This document shows, piece after piece, positions 11,741 through 22,700 of a DNA stretch of 64,000 bases. Position numbers and translations under genes: made by a program. The notes below the pieces were generated by a model. The model had not been told where the DNA came from. It saw nothing but the letters and a program-made list of their open reading frames with translations, and made no database searches. This DNA comes from Mizuhopecten yessoensis (lineage: Eukaryota): NCBI RefSeq assembly GCF_002113885.1, contig NW_018408727.1:28334-92333 (forward strand). Reading direction: 5' to 3'. How positions within the stretch are numbered: position 1 is the stretch's first letter; the number at the start of each line of letters is the position of its first letter.

Positions 11741-13195
11741 CTCTGAAGATCTTAATCAACCTTGAACAGCGTCTCCTCAAAAATGTTTCTGATATTCAGT
11801 GTTCAGAGTGACTGAAAATAACCACTAGAGATACGAAATAAGGAGGCACGCACTGAAAAAGAAATATTAAACCGATGCAGGTTATTGCAAACCTTGGGGA
11901 CGGATAGTCCACCAGCAGAGACAAAAACCGTGTGCCGTAAACAATTCCTAGAAAAACAAAGTGAAGAATGATTGCCTCTTGGCGTCGACATAGTGCTTTT
12001 CACAAATAGGTTGTTTAATATTATTAGTCATCTTTTTACGCCACAAGATCAACCTAAAACAAAAACCGTGTGTCGTAAACAATTATCTCAGATACCAATG
12101 AAAACCAAAACAATTAAATAGAATACTTTGATTTTATTAATGTATGGCACTAGTTTGATTAAAATCTGCAACACTAGCGTCTCAGTCAAACAATATACAT
12201 GTTAGATTTTTTCACACACGTTTATTGGTATTTTGAATTAAATTTAAGTCATACAAACGGTTGATATCGCTGTACTCCACATATGTTTTTAGATTTGAAA
12301 CGTACGTTTAGGTTTAACCTGTGTTGAATTTTTTTCATGACATATTTCTTGTCGATGTTTCAAAGATTTCTAGTCTTGTCTGAGCGTCTATATCTGCTAT
12401 TTCCTGTTAGATGCTGTTGGCTTGATTAGGTGATATCTATATTTAGCCGTGTGAAGTGTGCTGATGACGTTGGTGTATAAATGAATGTACTTTCTCTTTA
12501 AACAAGATAAAAGCTGCAGGATACGGGTATTTCCACTGAGCATATTTTTATGAAAACTTGAAACCAAAATAGTGACACGTAATCAACATGTCAGGGTTTT
12601 TCCAAAAAGCAGACAACAGTTTTATGAAATCACCGCATGCACGTTTTTTGGACGTATATCAGGACACGTTGTGAACCCTTAGTCCTTTGTGATGTGTTCT
12701 ATTAACTTCAATCATAAACGATTATATAAAAAAGAAAATTGATAATAAAACGGCTGGTTTTAAAGTCGGGTGTCGCTACTCCGTAATCTTCAAAGGACAG
12801 GTTTCAGGCTAACGATTAGTCAATTTTGTTTTAGCCGAGACCAATCAGATAGCTATCCGCATGCCTTTGGTACGACATATTCAAGGGGTTAACAGCACAA
12901 TAAAATCAAATCGTCAATTGGGACAATGCCAAGATAGTTGAAAGGAAACAACACACGAAAACGAGACAAATCAAAGAAGCAATCAAAATCATGAAAACTC
13001 AGAACATGAACAGAGACGAGTGGGACACCAGCCGAGTCTTTTAACTCCACTCAGTCATAGCATGACAAAGGGACCAGTCGGTCTTGAAACATTGCGACAT
13101 TTTTAAGACGTACATTGTTTGTGTAAAAAGTAAAACATTGATATCAAGGTTGCTTTTTGTTTGTGTAACATTACAGGTCATTATCTTTTCAATAC

Positions 13196-13262
13196 ATCCG
13201 CTGGGTGTTGAACCCGGGACCTCTGGCTTACTAGTCTTATGCTCTGCTGAGTGAGTTCGAGA
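13196..13262 (-). pseudogene. tRNA-derived sequence (Thr-AGT-like pseudogene or SINE head)
   Basis: Minus strand reads ...actcactcagcagagcataagactAGTaagccagaggtcccgGGTTCAAcacccagc: B-box, degenerate A-box/D-arm and a CT-AGT-AA loop; stems are imperfect. Confidence 0.5.
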
Positions 13263-14544
13263 AATTCTCCCTAGCGGAGTTGGTAGGAAGCAGCTAGTAT
13301 TTTACAAAGGTGACATTTGCTTGAGATTTTTGTGCGTTTCTTTGTTTTCAGTTACGCAAAATTTGTCAATACTGTCAAAGAGGTCATCACTTCCTAAATA
13401 TATATATTAGCGCCTAACCTTTGTTGTGAAAATCACAAAGATTGTTCAGCTGTGCATGTGGTGAGGATTAATATGTACATGTAATGAACTTTCGATTTTG
13501 TCTTATTTCATTGGAATTTCGAAAAGAACTGTTGTGTTCTTGGAATTAGCAAGTGGGTAACACTTTGGAAGTAAAAAATAACAAAACACATGAATAGATT
13601 CAGTATTATATAACCTCTTTTCTACTCCAAAGAAAGGATAGGTTCCAATTACCACGGTAATGGTACACAACACTTACACAATCATTAATTCTTCATTTAC
13701 ACTGATCGGAGCACATACACAAAACAAATGGGCCGTTATCAAAATTAGAAACTGCTCCATACATGAAAATGTCCCAACAAAGATATAAGAGGAGAAAGAA
13801 ATTTCTCTACAACCAAACCAATGTATTCCGTTTGTGAACATACATAAGTATCTGTATATTTTCAGCACTTTTTTTTATGATACATGTAACAGGATTTCAT
13901 GACCTGTCAATATTTTAACTATATACAATTTGGTGACTTAATTATTGAAGTTACAACCTACTATGACTCAGTAATCATTGTCATCTTATCCTTACCCAAA
14001 AACAAAGGCAGGTTTCCCATAATGCAACAATTTAGTGAAATTTACATGCCACCAATATCTGACTGAATGTACGAAAAAAATGCATACAAAATAACATGAA
14101 CCTCGTGTGCGACATCAATGTTAGCCAGTCAGATACTAGCCCAGCACAGCACAGCCCCAGTCCAAAATGTGTGTAACGGTATTGTCATTCAGACCGAGAT
14201 CTAATATTAATGCACGATAGTTTCATAATATGTTCCATAAGTGTACCAAATTAGAAAAGCTACAAACAGTCATTAATTGTTTGCTTTGTTCAATGTGTCT
14301 GACATGGCAGCAGGTGAACTTTCTTTGTTCAAGGTCAAGATGTTATCATGTGAACTAATCGTTCCTGGTTCAAAGTCACTAGTGAAGGTACCAGCAAACT
14401 CTTGCTTGTTCACTGTCACTGCTGAAAAAATGTGAGCTTCCACTTCCTTTTTCAAAGCAGTTGGTACAGACGTGGACTACTTCAACACTGTTTTGTTTAA
14501 GATTATCAGGACAGACAAAAGTAACTGTTTATCAGGTATGGAGC

Positions 14545-17500
14545 TCAAGGCCTTTGGTATGGATGTGTACCAGCAGCTGCCTTGATGTTGGTTTTAACTG
14601 CACTAGGAGCTTTGCCTGTACTCACTGAAACAAACAACACAGCAAAAGTTATCTCCCTTCATCATAGTTTCCTACACTTATTATTTCAGTTGTAGCAAAA
14701 TATTATCGAGCCCTTTTTGTTGAAATTCAGATGTGTGGTTGGAAGGACATAGGACTGACACAGAGACAGATGAAATCCCAAAATGAAACTACATATGTAT
14801 ATGAATAAAATACCATGCTTAAATAGTTGCTGTTCAGTGAAAATGCAGACAAAAAGAACAATAACTCCCACTATCAAGAGAAACTTGAAGAACATCAATT
14901 TATCTAAAAAATATTTGGGTTTAACAAGAATCAATGTTAAGCATGACAACACATATTTTTTCACAAAATATAGCTGTAAGGCCATGATATATTTACCTTG
15001 GGTCTTTGGCTGTTGTGTTTGTTGTTGTATAATGGGCTGTGATTGGCTGGAGTCTCGCCGTAGTGACTTGAGTCCCTTACCAAACATGGTGACCGCTATG
15101 AGAGCATTGGTGTCGGACATAGAGGAAGTCTGAGCCAAGCTCGACTTCTGGTCTGCAAAACAGATGTCCATTTTAAGGGGATGCGTTTTAAAGCTAATTC
15201 TCTTCCCTTAAATATATCAATATAGCATAACAATAAAGGGTAATTTTCATGAATTTTTCAGATCATTGACTTGATTGGGGAAAAAATCTTCTATCCAAGT
15301 AAATGTTTTTCCTCCCTTTGAACTTTATATCCACACATACAACTGATATTTGCCTTCCTGACTGTATTAAATCCTCAATTTACCCTGATATTTGTTGAAA
15401 GTTGGAGTTGATAGTGTCACCATTAACTTAACACTTACTGGCATCACTCTCCATGTCGTCTCTGTGTGAGTTAATGATGTCCAGGATATTACTGGTCACC
15501 TTGTTCATGGCGTTCAGTTGTTTCTACAAATACACAACAAGATATATATATATATAATAAGGTATAAATGATTCCCTTACCCACCTGCAGTATTGTGACA
15601 CAATATAAAATATTTCTTAGTTCAGAATAATTCTTGGTCCCAAAAAAGCTTTTTTTCATATTCAATTCCAGAGTGGAGCCGAGGGAAGTTTCTGTGACTG
15701 ATGAAATATCAGATTCTGTCTGTAGAAGTTAAAGATTATTTTACATATTGTGTTGGTAATGATATAATGTTGATTGTGATGTACAGTAGTCACATTTCAG
15801 CATCATCAGCTGTGATGAAGATAATTGTTAAAGACATCAGGTATGTTAATAATGATCATGATGTCTACAAGACTTACCTGAGCAACATCAGGTGTGTTGA
15901 TGATGAAATCTGCAAGACTTACCTGTGCAGCATCAGGTGTGTTGATGAAAATGTCTATAAGACTTACCTGTGCAGCATCAGGTGTGTTGATAACACTTAC
16001 CTGAGCAATATCATGTGTGTTGATAGTGATATCTGTTAGACTTACCTGAGCAACATCAGGTGTGTTGATAGAGTATCTGTTAGACTTACCTGAGCAACAT
16101 CAGGTGTGTTGATAGTGATATCTGTTAGACTTACCTGAGCAACAGCAGGTGTGTTGATAGTGATATCTGTTAGACTTACCTGAGCAACATCAGGTGTGTT
16201 GATAACACTTACCTGAGCAGCAGCAGGTGTGTTGATAGTGATATCTGTTAGACTTGCCTGAGCAGCAGCAGGTGTGTTGATAGTGATATCTGTTAGACTT
16301 ACCTGAGCGACATCCGGTGTGTTGATAGTGGCTCTGACACTGGACTCCTGGATCTTTTTCTCAATTTCAGGTTCTGGCTTGGTTCGCAAGTAGTCTATCT
16401 GTTAGACTTACCTGAGCAGTAGCAGGTGTGTTGATAGTGATATCTGTTAGACTTATCTGAGCAACATCAGTTGTGTTGATAGTGATATCTGTTAGACTTA
16501 CCTGAGCAACATCAGGTGTGTTGATAGTGGCTCTGACACTGGACTCCTGGATCTTTTTCTCAACGTCAGGTTCTGGCTTGGTTCGCAAGTAGTCTGGTAC
16601 AACTTCATGGTTGAATGCAAACACTCTCCTCTCTGTTAGTTTCTGAAGACATGTTTGAATACAGTTTAATGGTGTTTGTTTCATCTGAGAATGATAACTT
16701 TGGGATGGGGATGATACAACTACAGATATATATGCAGTTTGTATGCTCTAACAAATACTGTCCCATAACATGAGATAGTTTTACGAACAATCTACATAGT
16801 AAGGCCATATATATCACCAATGAGTAGACAATGTTCCTAAAATAGACAGGGAAGACATACAAAAAGAGTACAAACAGAAGAGATATAGATCACAACTGTG
16901 TGTTTTATACGTGCAGCAAATAGCGTTTTTTTAATGTCAGATCCTTCAAGGGGATGGGGTCAACATTAATACCCCAGTATGATCATGCAACCAGGAAGGA
17001 AAGCAGTCCGTCATCTCCATATAGGACTTTGAGCAACTCTTCAGAACAGTCAACTATTACTTTTGGTGATGACAAATAAAACTTGGATATAAAGTCATGT
17101 ATTGTGAGAAAACATTGTAGCATGCATCACAGTGTTACAATGTAGTTTATCACATTGATGCCCTTGTGGACTGACCTCAAGTTCTTGGTCCCTGTCTGGG
17201 GACAGGGCCAGGGGCAGCAGGATCTGGTTTCTAAGGATTGGCACCTTTTCACTCTTCAGAAGCTTTCCAAGGGAATTCAACTGTCCCGACAATAGGGCAA
17301 AGTTATCTAGTACTGAAGGCCTACCAACGAAAACCAGCAAATTAACATCATCATCCAACAGTGAGAATTTATGATGTTTTACAACATGTTTTAAAATGTT
17401 AAAATTGTCATTTGTTAAAGACTTCAAATATTATCCTATTATCGTATTCTTAATCTAAAGTTACTATAAAGGTTAAGCAAAGATTATGTCTAAAGCATTT

Positions 17501-18176
17501 TTTTTAAGATTTTATATTTGATTTAAAGAAAAAGGGTATCATCAAGTTTGAAAATATTACTTTTTTCAAGTCACAACAATGTACATTAAACTTAAAGACT
17601 CCAACTTATGGGCTTCAAATAAGCCAAATGGACAATCAAACATTGAACACCTGAGAGGGGAATACCCTGACAAGGGAAATAACTCTACGTTTCATTTTTT
17701 ATGTGAAAGGGGGAATGCTACAACCAAGTAAAAGTCAAGACTTAGATAACAATCTAATTCCGTGGTTCATGTAACTGAAAGCTAAAAATAATATTTGTAC
17801 CAGCTCATTGTTTGGTACTCATTTTCCAGCTTGGATAAAAAAGCAACCAGAGAGTTTTTCAAGTCCTGCACTCTCTGTATAAGTGCATCTAATGCAAGCT
17901 CCAGCTGTTTCTCTTCTTTCTACAAAATACAAATTACAATCAGACATTAACTACAATAAAGTTCTGGATTTCCTTTTTTTGAAGACAATGTTTAATTTCA
18001 TAGTTTGAAGAATCGATACAGGACGTTCTCTGTATAAGGTCTCGTCTTTGGACGAGAAATTAGTTATTCTTCCCCGTGTTGAAAAAAAGCAACGGTTGTA
18101 CCTGGGTCCTTAAGAAGTATGTACAAATTAATCCTACCATATGATAAGCGTATTCAGACAGAAATCTTACCTGCAT
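14545..18176 (-). CDS. MED8: Mediator of RNA polymerase II transcription subunit 8, 243 aa, 7 coding exons
   Basis: Exons (minus): 18176-18171, 17919-17801, 17320-17176, 16642-16502, 15523-15439, 15152-14997, 14624-14545; all GT-AG with consistent phases. Protein [26 protein letters not shown]...[18 protein letters not shown]...[16 protein letters not shown]...[15 protein letters not shown]...[23 protein letters not shown] closely follows human MED8. Confidence 0.96.
15835..16530 (-). repeat. 45-bp tandem repeat built from the MED8 exon-4 end plus 5' splice site, including a partial exon copy (about 16302-16395)
   Basis: Unit (minus) ATCAACACACCTGATGTTGCTCAG|GTAAGTCTAACAGATATCACT, about a dozen copies, decaying with distance from the exon. 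Confidence 0.92.
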
Positions 18177-18530
18177 CTTTAAGCCGATGTTGTTAGATAA
18201 ATGTCCGGAAATCCAATACCGGAAGTAAGTAACTTTATGAGTGTGCGCAGAGCGCAAAATATAAATAGGTCAAACCAATTGAACGAATAAGCGCCATATT
18301 TACTTCCTCAAGACATTTTTTCCGAACAACACGGTTGGTAAGTTGTTTTTCTGTTCAATACTTAGCAGGATTGTAGTCTATATGCTTATAAACATATCCG
18401 TTTGATTGTGACAGACGTATTGGACTTTCCCGCACTGAGGTGATCCGCTGCTGTTCTTTGTTCTCATTGGTGGGTAGGTCAGCAGTGATCTGTTGATTGG
18501 GTGTAGATTCCTGACCAATTTATTGGTCCG
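18177..18530. promoter_or_regulatory. bidirectional MED8/NFYC promoter with putative NFYC non-coding exon 1 (donor at 18338)
   Basis: ETS CCGGAA at 18205 and 18219; NRF1-like TGCGCA at 18244; YY1-like GCGCCAT at 18291; E2F-like TTTCCCGC at 18426; CCAAT/ATTGG at 18213, 18275, 18419, 18466, 18496, 18515, 18522; donor TTG|GTAAGT at 18338. Confidence 0.7.
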
Positions 18531-19788
18531 ATGTCTCAAGAACATCGTTTCATTCGTCAGTTGGCCCTGAATGAAAACTATTTTACAAATCACACAAGCC
18601 TAACTAGACATAGTGTAACACATGTCGTCATTCAGCAGAATGAGATGCTGAGATCACATTGTTTCGTCTTAAAAGAAGGAACGTTTATAGTGATACGCCA
18701 TTAATTACCTGCGTTTAGAGGCGGTCGCGATCGCCATTACATCATTACACCCTTCAGCATGACGAGACAAACATTCCGACAAGATTTGATATGAAAAAAT
18801 GTTTACATATCTAGCTAGGTTAAGGTTGATCTTGACAAGCGCTAGGACAAACAGCAAAGTTTAAAACTACAAAATATTTTGATTGTACAATAAATATTTA
18901 AATATTTTCAACTTTTCAACACGAACACCCTCTAAATATCATCGAATCAGAATGAAGGGCTTATAGCCTTTTAGATACAAATATTTTCTTCAGTTAATTT
19001 TTGTACTGATATTGAAAACATACACTATATTTTTCATGTACTGCCACAGTGATCATATTGTACGTAAATAAAGCAAATGTTTTCATCAAAAACAAAAAGT
19101 TTAGCTCAAAACAAATAGGTAGGAATTACTTTGATAAGAATATACTCTGGGTTTATTTACCAACATTTCAGAGGAAGTGGCCCCAAACATCTTTGTACCT
19201 TAAAGATTCAGGTAGTTAAAAGCACAAATATATAACATCATTATACTTATTTAGAAACAAGTTTCAGAAGTAGTGAAAAGAATATATCCTTATGTCGGGG
19301 ACAGTAAATTCAGTGTTCCTATTTCAACTGACAACCAGGAAATCAAATCTTAAGACAATTTCAAGATAAACATTGTGTCACATATCAGCACTTTTTCATG
19401 TCCTTGTGACAAAAGATTAGATTGAACAAATTGTTTCATAAGGTATTTGCTAAACTTTTCAAGGTTATAAGGCAGCTTGAAGTTGGTTTACAATATCAAT
19501 ACTATCAAATTTAACATTCACATCTACAATCATTTGCAAACATGCACTTTTTCCATAAATGAAACTTTGAAATAGTTAATTAAATAATTTATGTATTATA
19601 TAGCTCCTTTGATATTGTCTTTTGACTAAATCCAGATACATGTTATATGTACCCAGACTAAATCTTTTTTTATGATTCTAGAATTCTACTTTCATTGTTG
19701 GTATTTATTGAATATTGATTCGTGATTTATTTTTTTTAAACTCAGAATTAGTGAAATTTCAAAAATATATCTTTTATATTTCAGAGAG

Positions 19789-22700
19789 ATGTCTGTTGAA
19801 CCTACATTTCAGTCCCCAGCTAGTCAGTCCCCTGGGGCAGGGTCGGTGGCGGTCAGCGGAGAAGCCGCCCAGATGCTGACACAGTTCTGGCCAAAAGCCA
19901 TGCAGGACATCCGCAATCTGAAAATGGTCAGATTTACATAATCCTTTGTGTTAACTTTACAAAGATAACGTAGATGGGTCATAGTAGGATTTAGTGGCTT
20001 CTTTTCCAAATAGAAAAATGATCCCGACAGCTTCCTGATTAAATACAGAGTCGTAGCCACCATTCTATCTAAATACTTATTGATAGTCAGATATTGATTG
20101 TATTCAATAATGTTTCATACACCAGTGCAATTATTAGAATACAGTTCAACTTACAGGCAAAATTCAACATTTAACTATCTTGTCAATAAAATACACCAAA
20201 AAGAAATAAATAGGATGATCGAGCCATGCATGGCGACATTGTACCATGATAATAAAGTTACTGGTATCATCTGTACTTTTAAGTCTTTGTCTATATGCTA
20301 TGTGGACAACAGTTGTTAAGATAAGACCGGGCTGATAGATGAACAAGTAACTTGTCAAGTTGTCATGCATATGATACAGATATAATCCCAACAAGCTAAA
20401 TGATAGCTACCACTTCCTTACAGGATGACTTTAAGCAACAAGAACTTCCTCTCGCAAGAATTAAGAAGATAATGAAACTGGACGAGGATGTTAAGGTGAG
20501 TCTGCACCCAAACCAGGTCACCTGTTTATACCAACCACCTGTCTGTCAATAAGGTCTGCCTTTTTTTTATTCAGTCATGTCACTAAAAAGGTTAGACTTT
20601 TTTACTGTATGTATATCTGCTCTAGAGGATATCCCAACAGACATCTTTTGTTTACTATTGAAACAAATTTTATCAACCATGATGTCAACTCATACCAGAG
20701 CATCATAAAATGGTACTACCTGTTTGTAAAGGATTTTCTATATAATAAATGAATATATTTTATATGGAGATGGGCAGGGAGGCACTTATTTGTTATCCTA
20801 ATTCCCCACATTACCTATATATCAACCTGTCTATCATTTTAAACCTTAGCTCTGAGTGTAGCTGATGAACAGACATTCGTAAAATATTTTCAGTAATTAT
20901 AACTGACAAGGACAGGACGTTTAATTTTAGGATGTTAGGTATAAATAATGAGGGAGTTATCTCCCTTACACTGCAGAAATAATTGAAATGCCTTATGTTG
21001 TGCCTCCACAGATGATCAGTGCAGAAGCCCCGGTACTTTTTGCCAAGGCAGCAGAAATATTCATCAGTGAATTGTCATTACGAGCGTGGATCCACACAGA
21101 GGACAACAAGAGAAGGACACTTCAGGTGACTTATAAATTATTGTCTGCCTTATAACCATAATAGGATGATGTTAGTTGTAATTTACAAAAAAAAATGTCT
21201 TTTACTTCTGTCTTTTACACTTTAATTGAATTTTAAAAGTAGAATGTCAGTTCTTGAATAGAATAACAGCTGTTATTAAGGAAAGGTCTGAATTTCAAGA
21301 ATATCATCATGCCGTTTTACGCGGAACTTTATTGAAATGAGTGTGCCTGAAAACTTTTTGATATATCAGACATATAAAAATCTCACGGGCTCTGTAGGTT
21401 GTGGTTAGAGGACTATGATATTACTACATGTAATTATACATGTACTTGTTACTGGATCCAGGTCATTTCATTCGAAATCCTATTTCCATTACATTCTTTT
21501 GGCCCTAATACAAATAATGTATATGTTTTTAACTTATATATGTGTATATATGAGTTCAAATGTTTTTAATGCTTAAAAAATGTACTGTTTATCATTCAAC
21601 ATGAGCAATTGTGTTGTCGTAAGAATTTTAGGTGTATATTTATGCGCAGATCTGCAGATTGACCATGTTTAAGTCTAAAAGTCTAACACGTCTTATTACA
21701 AAAAAAGACCAAGAAATACTAACAAAAACTTCAAATGAGATTGTATTGTATACAACTAAACAGGCCTATACTTTTCTACAGTAAAAGGGCAAAACTACAT
21801 AGCGCAAAACGACCTTAGGCGAACACTCAGTCGAACAGGATTTAGGGTGAAACGACCTGACACCATTGTAACTATATAGATTACAGATATACTTATTATA
21901 CTTAACTAGGTTACTTTTGATTATAGATATGTTATTTATTTGTTATTCATTTGTAACTAGAGGTTGTGGATATGCTTGTATGTTTTCAAAATCTTTTGGC
22001 TAGTACTCTAAATATATAATTCAATACCCCTGACTATTTGTGTGTTTAATATTTTACAGAGGAATGACATCGCCATGGCAATAACCAAATTTGACCAGTT
22101 TGATTTCCTGATCGACATTGTACCAAGGGATGAACTGAAACCAGCCAAACGTCCGGTAAACTGTTGTTTTTATTGTTTTAAGACACACTAGTCTATGTAC
22201 ATGTTCTTGGCTGGCAGGGGTTTCTGAGATTTTACGAAGTCAAGTTAATTTATTCATTACTATATAGTGAATAATAATCTTGACTTTTCTTAACTTTATA
22301 ATGTATTTTTCCTACAAACACTATAGGTTTACCCACCCCCGAATCATTGGATAAACCTGCTAGGAGTGTGCCTATAATCATTTTTGTGTACCTACTAGTG
22401 GGAAACACCCTGGATAAAATTTGATTGGTCAATCTTTTCACTACAACATCATGTACTAATAATTTTGGTGTCATCTTCCATGGTGACATCATGATGCATG
22501 GCAATTGTTTCCCCTGTTACTCTCAGTTTATCTGTTGAGGAAACTTTGGTAAAAGTTTGAAACTGTGATGAAAAAAATTACAGTCTCTTCATCTGGTGAG
22601 TTTGGTTTCTGGCTAGTATTCAATGACTATTCGACGGAACTTATGACACTTAGCATTCAACAATAATCATTATGATTTTATGATTTATCATGTTTGAATC

